Source: Spirochaetia bacterium (lineage in GTDB: Bacteria > Spirochaetota > Spirochaetia > SP-2023). From it: a stretch of DNA of 64,000 bases. The position numbers and the translations under genes were made by a program. Positions 41,237 through 51,875 of this stretch are shown one piece after another. Under the pieces are notes generated by a model that saw only the letters and a list, made by a program, of their open reading frames with translations, searched no databases and was not told where the DNA came from. The DNA lies in assembly GCA_965225855.1 (NCBI GenBank), contig CBDDCK010000005.1, positions 1,969,074 through 2,033,073 on the forward strand, written 5' to 3'. The number at the start of each line of letters is the position of its first letter. Position 1 is the first letter of the stretch.

Positions 41237-42235
41237 ATGAGTATTTATACAAAAATAATATGTCTCTTTGTCGTCCTGCTCTTCGGAGCAGGGGCGTCCC
41301 TTATTTTATATCCTATTGGTGATATTACTTTCGATACCGTATATTCGGCCCTCACGACTCCCATTGACGATGTGGCCGAAATCACGTTTTTGAATATTCG
41401 TATTCCCCGCACATTAACGGCCATTCTGTTAGGGGTGAATTTATCGTTGGCGGGTTTGGTTGTACAAGCTCTAAGCCGAAACCCTATCGCCTCGCCGGGA
41501 GTATTAGGTATTAGCCAAAGTGCGGGTTTATTTGTTGCCCTAGCAGCGATTATCCCGGAATATTTGCCTATACCGTTAAATATTTTGGCATTTATCGGTG
41601 GGCTTATTGGCGGTGGTTTGACGTTTGTTGTTGCCGGCGGTTTGAATAAACGTATCACTCCCGAGCGTATGATTTTAGCAGGCCTGGCTACCGGGGCAAT
41701 CACTATTGCGGTGATGCGCTTTTCCTTCACCATTGACGATGACGTTGCGAAATCTGTAATTAAATGGTTGATCGGCAATGTCAAAGATGTCCGTTGGCAA
41801 GAGGTAAATAATTTAATTATTTGGGCATTTGTAGGTATTATCATTTGTTTGGCTTTCAGTAATGTTTTGAATATTCTGGCTATCGGCACGGAAACAGCAA
41901 AAGGGCTGGGGGTTAATGTGGTGTTTTATGGTGTGATTTTATGGGCAGTAGCAACATTTTTAACTGCCGTATCGGTTGCAGCCGTTGGTCCGATATTGTT
42001 TTTAGGTTTGATGATTCCCCATTTAGCGCGTTTAATATTTGGGCATAACCACAAAATTTTAGCCATCGCCTGTCCATTGATGGGGGCAACATTGATGGTA
42101 CTTGCCGATGCGCTCAGCCGTTACTTATTAAAGGGTATATATGGCACGGAAACGCCTATTGGTGTGGTAATCTCATTTGTTGGCGGAATTTATTTTCTAT
42201 TCCTGATCAAAAGGGAAGATAGTTATGGAAAATAG
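41237..42235 (+). CDS. fecC: FecCD-family iron ABC permease
   Basis: RIPRTL, Q.LSRNPIASP, A.GLG, PH.AR. Confidence 0.8.
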   Translation: MSIYTKIICLFVVLLFGAGASLILYPIGDITFDTVYSALTTPIDDVAEITFLNIRIPRTLTAILLGVNLSLAGLVVQALSRNPIASPGVLGISQSAGLFVALAAIIPEYLPIPLNILAFIGGLIGGGLTFVVAGGLNKRITPERMILAGLATGAITIAVMRFSFTIDDDVAKSVIKWLIGNVKDVRWQEVNNLIIWAFVGIIICLAFSNVLNILAIGTETAKGLGVNVVFYGVILWAVATFLTAVSVAAVGPILFLGLMIPHLARLIFGHNHKILAIACPLMGATLMVLADALSRYLLKGIYGTETPIGVVISFVGGIYFLFLIKREDSYGK

Positions 42236-43244
42236 AACCACGCCCCTGCATACTAGTCGAAAATTTAACAGCATCTGTATTGTATTGCTGGTTATGGGTT
42301 TGGCAGTGTCTTTGTTTTCCATTGCTATGGGCGCAACTCCCATTGCCCTAGATGTGTTGATCAATACGATTTTTGGCTTAGAAGGTGAAACCAAAGATTT
42401 TATTATTTATAAATATCGTATGCCGAGGGTGGCATTAATTTGGCTGGTAGGTTTGGCATTAGGGGTTGCTGGAGTGGTTATTCAGCATACCTTAAACAAT
42501 GCACTCGCCAGCCCAAAAATTATTGGCATTAACAGTGGAGCGGCTTTTTTCACGTTGTTAGTAGCTTTTGCATTCCCTCAAATTCCCGTTAGCTATATTC
42601 CGCTAATAGCGAGTATTGGCGGTATTAGCGCGGGAACTTTGACCTATACTATGTCATGGTCTGGGGGAATTCACGTAATGCGGTTTGCCATGATTGGTAT
42701 TGCTATTGGCTACACCTTTGATTCTGCCGTTGATTTTATTTTATTCCACGGAGTGCATATCCTAAGCCCATCGCTAGTATGGCTAGCGGGGTCGTTTTGG
42801 GGGCGTACCTGGGCACACGTGAAAGCTATGGTACCGGTAATTGTCCTATTCGTTCCGTTAATTTACGCTCTATCGTACCGATTAGAAGTGATTCGATTGG
42901 GCGACAGTATAGCTACCGGGGTGGGGATTTCGGTAGAGAAAATACGATTTATTTTATTGCTGTCTGCAACTATTTTAGTTAGTACCGCAGTTGGGGTTGC
43001 CGGTGTATTGGGTTTTGTGGCTCTGATTACGCCCCATATGGCAGCAGCAATGGTCGGTGGTATCTCAAGACGCACGGGAATTGTTGCGGGGTTACTTTCT
43101 ATCAATCTAATCTTATTGGCCGATTTGACGGGGCGGATTATTGCCCCGCCCATCGAAGTAGCGGCCGGGGTCATCATTGCCTTGTTTGGTTCGCCATATT
43201 TCATTTATTTATTGTCCAGGTATAAAGGTAATAAATATGCTTAA
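42225..43244 (+). CDS. fecD: FecCD-family iron ABC permease
   Basis: YRMPR, NALASP..IGINSGA, WLAGSFWGRTW, G.PYF. Confidence 0.8.
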   Translation: MENRTTPLHTSRKFNSICIVLLVMGLAVSLFSIAMGATPIALDVLINTIFGLEGETKDFIIYKYRMPRVALIWLVGLALGVAGVVIQHTLNNALASPKIIGINSGAAFFTLLVAFAFPQIPVSYIPLIASIGGISAGTLTYTMSWSGGIHVMRFAMIGIAIGYTFDSAVDFILFHGVHILSPSLVWLAGSFWGRTWAHVKAMVPVIVLFVPLIYALSYRLEVIRLGDSIATGVGISVEKIRFILLLSATILVSTAVGVAGVLGFVALITPHMAAAMVGGISRRTGIVAGLLSINLILLADLTGRIIAPPIEVAAGVIIALFGSPYFIYLLSRYKGNKYA

Positions 43245-44001
43245 TATTCAAAATTTATGTGCCGGGTATGAAAAAACTATCATCATTGAAGATATTCATA
43301 TCACGATAGAACCAAATACATTTACCGCTATTGTGGGGGCAAACGGCTGTGGTAAATCTACATTGTTTAAGGCATTGTCCAGTGGGGCAAAAATGTTTCA
43401 TGGGGCGGTAACGATTGATGGTATTGATAAGTCTAGTCTTAGAATGAATGATATAGCCAAACGTATGTCTATTTTGCCGCAGCACCCTATATCGCCCGAA
43501 GGCATTACGGTTGAAACATTGGTTAGTTATGGCCGTACGCCCTACCAGAACTTGTTGGGTATGAAAACCAAAAATGATCACCATATTATCGAGCAAGCAC
43601 TAGAGGCAACGGATTTATTAAGTATGCGTCATAATTTGGTGGCCAACTTATCGGGTGGGCAACGCCAGCGGGCCTGGATTGCCATGATTTTAGCACAGGA
43701 CACAGACCTAATTCTGTTAGACGAACCCACTAACCACTTGGATTTGCGCTATCAACATGATATTTTGAAACTGTTAAAAGCCCTGAATAAAAAAAATAAG
43801 ACGATCGTAATCATTATGCATGATTTGAACCAAGCAGCTCAATATGCAGATATAATCTATATGATGCACGATGGGCGCATTTACCAGTCTGGCAGCCCCA
43901 ACGAAACAATGAATAGCGCGGCTATCGAATATGTTTTTGGCGTGAAAAATAAAGTAATCGAAAATCCAGAAACTCACAAACGGCTATGTGTGGTTTTGTA
44001 A
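43237..44001 (+). CDS. fecE: iron ABC transporter ATP-binding protein
   Basis: GANGCGKST, LSGGQRQRAWIAM, LLDEPT, HDLNQA. Confidence 0.85.
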   Translation: MLNIQNLCAGYEKTIIIEDIHITIEPNTFTAIVGANGCGKSTLFKALSSGAKMFHGAVTIDGIDKSSLRMNDIAKRMSILPQHPISPEGITVETLVSYGRTPYQNLLGMKTKNDHHIIEQALEATDLLSMRHNLVANLSGGQRQRAWIAMILAQDTDLILLDEPTNHLDLRYQHDILKLLKALNKKNKTIVIIMHDLNQAAQYADIIYMMHDGRIYQSGSPNETMNSAAIEYVFGVKNKVIENPETHKRLCVVL

Positions 44002-44248
44002 CATTTAGCTACAGCCTAGATGTTTTGTGCCGTTATAACCAAGAAAAAAGCTCCTAAACAACTCTTTCTTCTCTTCTTTGGCTTTAGCCTTTTCTTGCTC
44101 GGTGGCTAGTTTATTGCCTTCTTCATCATAACTTTGTCCACTGGGCTTGTTCGTTATTCTCACTGTAACAAAAAACCTACAAACTTTTTTTAGTAATAGC
44201 TTTGAACAAAACCCTTACAATAATTATTGCCAGAACGTTGCCATAAAA

Positions 44249-44430
44249 ATTAAGAGAGTTTCTTAATGCCCAACAAGAGAGTTTCTTAATGCCTAATAAG
44301 AGAATTTCTTAATACCCAACAAGAATTTTTTGTAACAAGATAAACTTTGGCCAAGCCTTGGTAAGTTTTTTATCAATTATAGCCATTCTGGAAAGTAGAA
44401 AAAATCGAGTTATCACGTTCTGCATCATTG
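44249..44430 (+). repeat. orphan cassette tail: 3x 23-bp repeat plus module II variant
   Basis: AAGAGAGTTTCTTAATGCCCAAC-like units at 44252, 44275, 44298; left part matches 7144-7217, right part matches 49643-49757. Confidence 0.88.
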
Positions 44431-44673
44431 TTTTTTACTCTATCTGCTTTGTATTGTTTTGGCTTTCTCTTTTTTGTTAGGGAAGCATATTAACTTTCAA
44501 TAATTTATTACGCAATTCTATAAAATGCAGAAAATGGAACATAATAAATTTTGGCAATGATGGGAATGTTATTAAAGATTCTCAAGATAGTTTTTACGGT
44601 GTAGCAATCGCCCAATGTCGCTATAATAAGCTTTCTATCAAAACAATAAACATTTTAAATCTTTCAGGTATTT

Positions 44674-46593
44674 ATGGCAAAACAAATAAATCAAAAGCAG
44701 CACGAAAGCCTCAGTGAAGCTTTTGAAAAGATGGATAGAGAAATTGCGGAAGGGGTCCTGCACGATAATCTGCACGCCGATGCAAAACAAGATGCTCAAG
44801 CAAAAAAGAACAAGCCTCTTAGCTTTAACACAACCGCAGATAAGCAGGGGCATTTGCACCATTTTTTACAACAGCTAGCCAAAATCTGCCATTTGCGCGG
44901 CGATATGATCCCCAGAGCGCAAGAAGCTTTAATCCGTAAGTTTCTTTTAAATTATCGCTACCGCCACCATTTACAACAAATGAGTAATGCTCATGCATTG
45001 CGTTCCGAGGAAGCCAAAAATAATGGCGATCCCAAATTATTCTTGCAAGAGAGGCTAGAGGCTTGGCGCAAAATGCCACGCGATTTATCGTTATTGCTAG
45101 ATGTTGCCGAAGCGTATGCCGAGCCACAAAGCTTTTTAGAACAAAAAAATACACGGAGTAGACTTGCAAAAGAAGATAGAGCGAAACCTGAAATAAAATC
45201 AGAAGCTCAAGGAATGAAAACTAGGCTAGGGTTTAGTGAATCAGAGCGTGCTTTGAGTGCTAAAGCTTTGATGCTTAAAGAAAAGCATGCTGCTAAGCAG
45301 GAAAACAAACAAACGCAGGAACAGCGCAAACAACAAGAAAGGATTGCCAGTGAGCTACTGCAATTAAACCCTTGGCAATACCGCCGCCAAGCGATTAAAT
45401 ATTTAAAAAAAGCCACAGAGCTATATATTGGCTTAGAATTAGAACAAGAAAGCAATGAAGAGAAAGCAAGTGCAAACAAACTAAGTGCAAACAAACTAAG
45501 CGAAGAATTAAAGCGTTTGGAACAGTTACAGCAAAATTATCCCAATATTAATTGGGAACGTTATGCTAAGCAAATTAAAATTTTAAAAGGGCAAGCTCGG
45601 TCGCGTTGGCCTTGGGTGCTGCTAGCGTTATTGTTGTTGGCTTTGTTTTCTATTGCCATGATTTACCTTCCGTGGCGCAGTTGGTTGTTCTTTCGATCTG
45701 AAGAAGTAGCTCTGCAGGAGGTTGTGCCTCAATTGAGTGAACAGCGTTTGTTGGAAACTCCGGTACCGGTAGAATGGAAGGTTCCCGCAAAGAGCGATTT
45801 GGATTTTGATAAAGTGATCCAAAAATCACAGCGATTAAAATTGAGCCAGCATTATGCCTATGAAGTTCAGGGCCACATACGAGTCAAGCCTAAAAAGCAC
45901 CCCTCTATAAATGGTGGCAATACAGCGCATTCGCAATTTTTGATTCCGACAGAGCCTTTTGACTTGTTGCTGACTTATGAACATCAGGGCCAAGAATTCA
46001 AAAAACGCATAGAATTTTCTTATGACAATGAAACTGACCCTATCGAAATCGACAGGGCCCCTGTGATGGAAGGGGATACTGTGTTGTTCCGCGAGGTTTT
46101 TCGTTTACCGGGCGGGGCGGTGAATGACGACCGTTTGCGTGCCCAGATAGACAAGGTAGGCAAAGCTCCAAAATACGAGGCCAAAAGTTTAGCAGAAGGT
46201 GGCTTTGCCCAGCCATTGAGCAGCTTCAATATTCAAGGTGAGCCCCAACCCAATATAAAAATGGCTTTCCGCAACCAAGTTGTTCGCAGCGATGGCGAGA
46301 GTATAAGACAAGTAGGCTATGATCTTGAGTTGCAAAACAATAGTAAGTTGCCTTTAGACCAATACCAATTGCGTTTGAATTGGCGGCAAGAAAATAGCAT
46401 CTATACCAAAGAAAATTCCCCTATATTACAGCAAAATAACTATACCATTATTTCTGCTAGCGGTACAAACTTGCCGGGCCGAAGCAGGACAACCCAGCGA
46501 TTGTGGTTAGAAGTTCCAGAAGGTTTAAATTACCCGATAGAACAATTAACGCCTCAAGTGCGTATTATCGAAAATCGCTTTGCCACAGAATAG
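44674..46593 (+). CDS. hypothetical single-pass membrane protein
   Basis: 639 aa; helical N-half, TM segment WPWVLLALLLLALFSIAMIYL, beta-rich C-half. Confidence 0.7.
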   Translation: MAKQINQKQHESLSEAFEKMDREIAEGVLHDNLHADAKQDAQAKKNKPLSFNTTADKQGHLHHFLQQLAKICHLRGDMIPRAQEALIRKFLLNYRYRHHLQQMSNAHALRSEEAKNNGDPKLFLQERLEAWRKMPRDLSLLLDVAEAYAEPQSFLEQKNTRSRLAKEDRAKPEIKSEAQGMKTRLGFSESERALSAKALMLKEKHAAKQENKQTQEQRKQQERIASELLQLNPWQYRRQAIKYLKKATELYIGLELEQESNEEKASANKLSANKLSEELKRLEQLQQNYPNINWERYAKQIKILKGQARSRWPWVLLALLLLALFSIAMIYLPWRSWLFFRSEEVALQEVVPQLSEQRLLETPVPVEWKVPAKSDLDFDKVIQKSQRLKLSQHYAYEVQGHIRVKPKKHPSINGGNTAHSQFLIPTEPFDLLLTYEHQGQEFKKRIEFSYDNETDPIEIDRAPVMEGDTVLFREVFRLPGGAVNDDRLRAQIDKVGKAPKYEAKSLAEGGFAQPLSSFNIQGEPQPNIKMAFRNQVVRSDGESIRQVGYDLELQNNSKLPLDQYQLRLNWRQENSIYTKENSPILQQNNYTIISASGTNLPGRSRTTQRLWLEVPEGLNYPIEQLTPQVRIIENRFATE

Positions 46594-46766
46594 CGAAATA
46601 AGTTCAGTTGCCTTTTTCTAACATTGACGCAGTAGTCGAAAGACAATCTTTGCCTTGCTCCTCTGCAGCAACGGCTTACTTTGATTTGAAGAGGCTATAA
46701 AGATTTTAATGTTCCATCTGCAAGCTGGAACAATACACCACATTCTGTGGGTAATATAAAGTTCGA

Positions 46767-46925
46767 TTACATCAGTTTAATCAAGCTCAAGATACCGATA
46801 ACTAGGCCAATGCCTGTTGCTATAAACCATTGCAACATTAAAAATCTTTTATCCATGTTCTGTTGAATAGCTTTAAAACGCTTGCCGACTTGTTCAAAAC
46901 GTTTATCTATTTGTGTTGCTATCAA
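46767..46925 (-). pseudogene. fragment of DKRFEQ coiled-coil/C-terminal TM protein (Bdr/DUF1640-like)
   Basis: LIATQIDKRFEQVGKRFKAIQQNMDKRFLMLQWFIATGIGLVIGILSLIKLM*; no ATG. Confidence 0.55.
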
Positions 46926-47070
46926 CTTGGTTTGACCAAACCTAGTTGGTTATTTAACACAACAAAAAGTCTCTGTACTTGTAAAAGCAAATGTCAGTTT
47001 AGAGTGAAGATCATCTCCCCCAACCAACACCCCACCCGATGATGATGATCGATCTTCTGGGCCGTCTGGG

Positions 47071-47636
47071 CCACCTATTTAATAGAATCGACCTAATTCT
47101 ATAAATAGAATTACCTCGCACCTATTGATAGAATTGACCTAAATCTATCAATAGATTTACCTCCCACCTATTAATACCCTAGTCTTTAATGAAATTTTCT
47201 ACATCGGCACATAATTCACGACCTATACAACAATCATCGGCAATCGTTGGCCAAATTCTGAACGCCCCTGAAAGAATAATATCCCGTTTTCATTTTCATT
47301 AAATGTTTCACCTTTTGGAGATTGCCCCATAGTGTAATTAAGGTGTAATCAAGTATTTTATTCAATTCTACACTTTGCCACCCCCAAAGGCCAAACAAAG
47401 GCCAAACAAAGGCCAACACCCTTAAGCCTTTTGATTGGCATGGATTTTGAACCACCTTACAACACTAACACACAACACTAACACACAAAAAAAGTGCCAA
47501 AAACATAAAAAACACAAAAAAACTTGTAAAAAGCCATATATAGACCTTGACGCAACACCCCCCCTAGCAAAATGGGGCGCTGTACACTAGCCCGTATGGG
47601 TTGGTTAATCTTTACCCATTTTTGGAGGTATTGCTT
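47071..47636 (+). repeat. conserved leader, copy 3 (array 47071-47175, 5'-truncated)
   Basis: Colinear with copies 1 and 2 from within the first A unit. Confidence 0.95.
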
Positions 47637-49601
47637 ATGTATAAGTTCAAACTACTTTTATTGCCTGTAGCCTGGCTACTGGCCTTTATGGCCTTGGCCT
47701 GCGCCCCACCCGATGACGATGATGCATCTTCTGGGCCGTCTTCTGGGCCGACTATCAATAACGCCATCTACGACTTTGCTACGGCTCTGTTAACCGTACA
47801 AGGTTCTAACTTAAGTCCTACAACTGCGACCCAAGCGCAAATCCAAACTATCAGGGTAGGAAGCCAAACAAATGGTGTAGACTTCAGTTCCTATACTGCA
47901 GATGAGGATGCCACTGGTGTAAATAGTAACGGTCTTGAACAAGGTAAGTACCGTATGAAAAGCGATGGCACAGCGCTTTGGCTGAAACTTACCGAGCAAC
48001 ATAAAGCTGTTCTTGAGGCCAAGGTGGGTAGCGATGGTCTAAAAAAAGGGTTGCTTACTAGCTCTGGTGCTTGGGCGGGTTTAGATACAGCCAAAGACTT
48101 AACCGTTAGGAATATACCCGCAGCCGAACAAGTCGATGATCAATCGCCTAAGCAAACTGAAGACGAACAAGCTGAACAAGTCGAACAAGCTGAAGAAGAG
48201 TCGCCTAAGCAAGCTAAAGACGAACAAGTCGAACAAGCTGAAGAAGAGTCGCCTAAGCAAGCTAAAGTCGAACAAGCTGAACAAGCCAAACAAGCTGAAC
48301 AAACCGAAGAAGTCGAAGATAAGCAGTCTAAGACCGAAACTGAAGATCAGTCGCTTAAGCTACCCGAAGCCGAAGAAACCGAAGAGGAGTCGCGTAAACT
48401 ACCCGAAGCCGAAGAAACCGAAGAGGAGTCGCCTAAGCAACCTAAAGCCGAACAAGCTGAAGAAGTCGAACAAGCCGAAGATCAGTCGCCTAAGCTACCC
48501 GACCCCGCAATTACCCGTGCAACCTACAATGTTAATACAGGCTTCTTAGAGATTACAGGTACTAATTTACCAGCAGCAGTTGCAGACTGGGACTTTAGCA
48601 AATTGACGCTTGTATCCGGTGATGGTAGTAAGAGATTCACATTACCTAAGCACTCAACTTTAGGTAGAAACACAACCATAGGTTCTCAAGCAAGTGCAAC
48701 AAAATTATTTATTGAGTTAAGAGGTAGTGTAAAAGCCAAAGCCAATGCTATACTGGTTAACGATGGTGAAAGTGATGCTAATGGTGCATACAACCTGGAA
48801 GCAGCAGCAGGCTTTGCAGGTGGTAGCGCTGAAGACACAACCAATCCTATTACCGTTAGCGGGTATACAGCCAGCATCACCAGTGCAACCTACGATGCTA
48901 ATACAGGCGAGTTATATATTATTGGTATCAAGTTACCGACATCAATTGCAAGATGGGACTTTAGCAAATTGACACTTGTATCCGGTGATGGTAGTAAGAG
49001 ATACCCATTACCCGAGCACGAAACTGCAGGTGAAAACACAGCCACAGGTTCTCGTGCAGGTAGATACAGCTTAAATATTACTTTAAGCGGTAGTGTAAAA
49101 GCGGAAGCCGATAAGATACTGGTTAACGATGGTGATAGTGATAATAATGGTGCATACAACCTGGAAGCAGCAGCAGGCTTTGCAGGTGGTAGCGCAGAAG
49201 ACCCAACCAACCCGATTACCGTTAGTGGGTATGTAGCCAGCATCACCTTAGTATCATATGTAGTTAATATAGGCCAGTTATCGATTATAGGTAGCAGGTT
49301 ACCGATAGCAGTTGCAGATTGGGACTTTAGCAAATTGACGCTTGTATCCGGTGATGGTAGTAAGAGATTCACATTACCCCGGCACGCAACCGCAGGTGAA
49401 AACAAAGCCACAGGTTCTAATGCAGGTGCAACAGGCTTAGTGATTAATTTAAGAGGTAATGTAAAAGCCAAAGCCGATGCTATACTGTTTAAGGCTGGTA
49501 AAAGTGATAATGCTGGTGCATATAACCTGGAAGCAGCAGCAGGATTTGTATCTGGTAGCGCAGAAGACCTAACCAATGCTATTCAAGTTGTATTCCTTTA
49601 A
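47637..49601 (+). CDS. surface lipoprotein paralog 3 (A-long linker-B-B-B)
   Basis: Same signal peptide and lipobox; three WDFSKLTLVSGDG domains. Confidence 0.9.
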   Translation: MYKFKLLLLPVAWLLAFMALACAPPDDDDASSGPSSGPTINNAIYDFATALLTVQGSNLSPTTATQAQIQTIRVGSQTNGVDFSSYTADEDATGVNSNGLEQGKYRMKSDGTALWLKLTEQHKAVLEAKVGSDGLKKGLLTSSGAWAGLDTAKDLTVRNIPAAEQVDDQSPKQTEDEQAEQVEQAEEESPKQAKDEQVEQAEEESPKQAKVEQAEQAKQAEQTEEVEDKQSKTETEDQSLKLPEAEETEEESRKLPEAEETEEESPKQPKAEQAEEVEQAEDQSPKLPDPAITRATYNVNTGFLEITGTNLPAAVADWDFSKLTLVSGDGSKRFTLPKHSTLGRNTTIGSQASATKLFIELRGSVKAKANAILVNDGESDANGAYNLEAAAGFAGGSAEDTTNPITVSGYTASITSATYDANTGELYIIGIKLPTSIARWDFSKLTLVSGDGSKRYPLPEHETAGENTATGSRAGRYSLNITLSGSVKAEADKILVNDGDSDNNGAYNLEAAAGFAGGSAEDPTNPITVSGYVASITLVSYVVNIGQLSIIGSRLPIAVADWDFSKLTLVSGDGSKRFTLPRHATAGENKATGSNAGATGLVINLRGNVKAKADAILFKAGKSDNAGAYNLEAAAGFVSGSAEDLTNAIQVVFL

Positions 49602-49757
49602 GTAAGGTTTGGTTGTTGCAACGCTTGCATTGGCCTATTGCAGCCTTGGTAAGTTTTTTTATCAAGGCTGCTTTTGCCAAGTTATAGCCATTCTGGAAAG
49701 TAGAAGAGTCGAGTTATCACGTCCGATGGCACAAAGTTATCACGTCCTGCATCATTG
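49600..49757 (+). repeat. 3' tail module II plus GTTATCACGTCC doublet
   Basis: Matches 39749-39835 and 44355-44430; GTTATCACGTCC at 49713 and 49736. Confidence 0.85.
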
Positions 49758-49951
49758 AGGAACTGGTTGGGATTGGGTTATCTACTATTCACTATACATT
49801 GTTGTTGAATAAAAAATCCCTTTCTCCTAACCTTAGCTTGTAAGCCTGGGTTTTGTATATTTGCACTAAACAGCAAAGCAGGCTATAATGCATTTTAACA
49901 CATTGACATATAACTGCCATGTGGTATAATAGCTGCATAAAAGGAACGCAT

Positions 49952-51463
49952 ATGCATTATTTCAGCACCCGTGATTGTTCGAGTCTCCACTCTAACTCCC
50001 ATTGCAGCCTTAAGTATAAAACCTTCTCGCAAATTGTTTTGGAAGGGCTAGCCCCAGATGGTGGTCTATACATACCCCAAAGCATACCCCAATTGGATAG
50101 CGTAGCCCTAGCGCAATGGTCCACCAAAAGTTATGTAGAGCTTACGGTAGAGCTACTGCGCCTCTACGCCCCAGAGCTAGAACAACAAACCGCTTGTAGC
50201 TATAACCAGCTAGCCCAAGCCAGCAGCCAAAACTTCCAATGTAAAGAAGTTACGCCCCTAAAGCAATTAAAGGCCCAGTCAAGCTATCCCATCTATATCG
50301 CAGAGCTATTCCACGGCCCCACTTATGCATTTAAAGACATAGCCCTGCAATTCCTCGGGCAAATCTTCCAAAGACTATTACAGCAGCAAGGTCGCACCAT
50401 ACACATACTGGGTGCCACCAGTGGCGACACAGGCGGTGCTGCCATCTACAGCGTCCACGGCATGGAGAATATTCAACTAACGATTATCCACCCTCACCAA
50501 GCTGTAAGCGAAATCCAACGCAAGCAAATGTGCAGCGTGCTGGATAACAACATCTGCAACATTGCCATCCAAGGCAATTTTGACCAATGCCAAAGCCTAG
50601 TAAAAGAAATCATGCAGCGCAGTAAACAGCAGTCCCAAGGGGGCCAAGAAAAGGGCCAAGCTGGCACTATCCCCCACTTGGGGGCTATCAACTCTATCAA
50701 TTGGGGCCGTATCCTAGCCCAAATGTCTTATTACTTTGCCTTATACTTCCGCATGGTAGGCACAAGGAATGAGATGAGACTTGCGCAGCCCATACGCTTT
50801 ATTGTTCCCTCTGGCAATTTTGGCAACGTGCTTGCTGGCTATTTTGCCAAGCAAATGGGCCTACCCATTCAATTAGTGATTGCTACCAACCGAAACAACA
50901 TCTTGCACCAATGTATTGCCCATAACCAATACCAGCCCGCAGAACATGTGCAACCCAGCCACGCCCCCGCAATGGATATAGTACAACCTTCCAACTTTGA
51001 ACGCTACTTATGGTATCTATTCAGCGGTGATACGGCCCAGCTCCATAATTTTATGATAGGGGCCAAGCAAGGCAACCTACAGCAGCTAAGCCCCCAACAG
51101 TACAGCCAAATTTGCCAAGATTTTTCTTCAGCCTATGCCAGCGATAGCGATCTACTGCAAGCCATATTGGATTGTTACACTAACTATCACTACGTACTAG
51201 ACCCACATACTGCTTGCGCTTACCACGCTTGCAGGCAGCTAGAGCAAAATATGCCCAGTGTCTTGCTGGCTACAGCGCACCCCGCCAAATTCCCCGAAGT
51301 ATACCAAGCACTAGAGCAAAAATACCCAAACAATGCAAACGCTCAATTCCATTTCCCCGTACCCAATGGCTTGCAGTTTGGCAATGCTGAAGAACGCTAT
51401 CAAGTATTGGAATGCAATACCGAAGCCTTATTAGCTTATTTAGAACAAAACATCTGGCACTAG
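49952..51463 (+). CDS. thrC: threonine synthase
   Basis: GLAPDGGLY, ELFHGPTYAFKD, ATSGDTG, NSINWGR, PSGNFGN, TAHPAKF. Confidence 0.96.
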   Translation: MHYFSTRDCSSLHSNSHCSLKYKTFSQIVLEGLAPDGGLYIPQSIPQLDSVALAQWSTKSYVELTVELLRLYAPELEQQTACSYNQLAQASSQNFQCKEVTPLKQLKAQSSYPIYIAELFHGPTYAFKDIALQFLGQIFQRLLQQQGRTIHILGATSGDTGGAAIYSVHGMENIQLTIIHPHQAVSEIQRKQMCSVLDNNICNIAIQGNFDQCQSLVKEIMQRSKQQSQGGQEKGQAGTIPHLGAINSINWGRILAQMSYYFALYFRMVGTRNEMRLAQPIRFIVPSGNFGNVLAGYFAKQMGLPIQLVIATNRNNILHQCIAHNQYQPAEHVQPSHAPAMDIVQPSNFERYLWYLFSGDTAQLHNFMIGAKQGNLQQLSPQQYSQICQDFSSAYASDSDLLQAILDCYTNYHYVLDPHTACAYHACRQLEQNMPSVLLATAHPAKFPEVYQALEQKYPNNANAQFHFPVPNGLQFGNAEERYQVLECNTEALLAYLEQNIWH

Positions 51464-51565
51464 GTCCTAATAGTTTGAGTAAAATAATAGGAAAAAAGCA
51501 GTACAAATAGGCTAGGCTAAGCACATGCTTTTAGGCAAAATTCCAACCTTATTGAGGGGGAAATA

Positions 51566-51850
51566 ATGAAAAAATGCCTAGGACTGCTGTTGTTCTTAAT
51601 GCCGTTGAGCATGATGCTCAACGTTCACCAAAGCAAATTATATTTGCAAGCAAAAGCGAAAATCATGGACTTGCAATACAAGCAAAACCAATTGCTGGAA
51701 GAAAACCAGCGCATTATTGCCGAGATTGCACGCAGTAACGCCCCTACGGTGATAGAGCATTTAGCTCGTTCTAGCGGGGCCAACCTAAGGAAAATCCACC
51801 CCGAGAAAGTTTTGCGTATTATTGTGCCAGAAGAAGATATTTCCCCTTAA
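51566..51850 (+). CDS. ftsL: cell division protein FtsL-like
   Basis: Short TM plus coiled coil, precedes murF. Confidence 0.65.
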   Translation: MKKCLGLLLFLMPLSMMLNVHQSKLYLQAKAKIMDLQYKQNQLLEENQRIIAEIARSNAPTVIEHLARSSGANLRKIHPEKVLRIIVPEEDISP

Positions 51851-51875
51851 AATAAAGGGCCAATCATACTAGGTT

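Noticed and set aside
44040..44170. Minus-strand fragment YDEEGNKLATEQEKAKAKEE (Uma2-like tail?)
   Set aside because: Low-complexity and too short to assign.
45466..45498. 15-bp duplication (SANKL x2) in the 639-aa protein
   Set aside because: Ordinary in-frame slippage.
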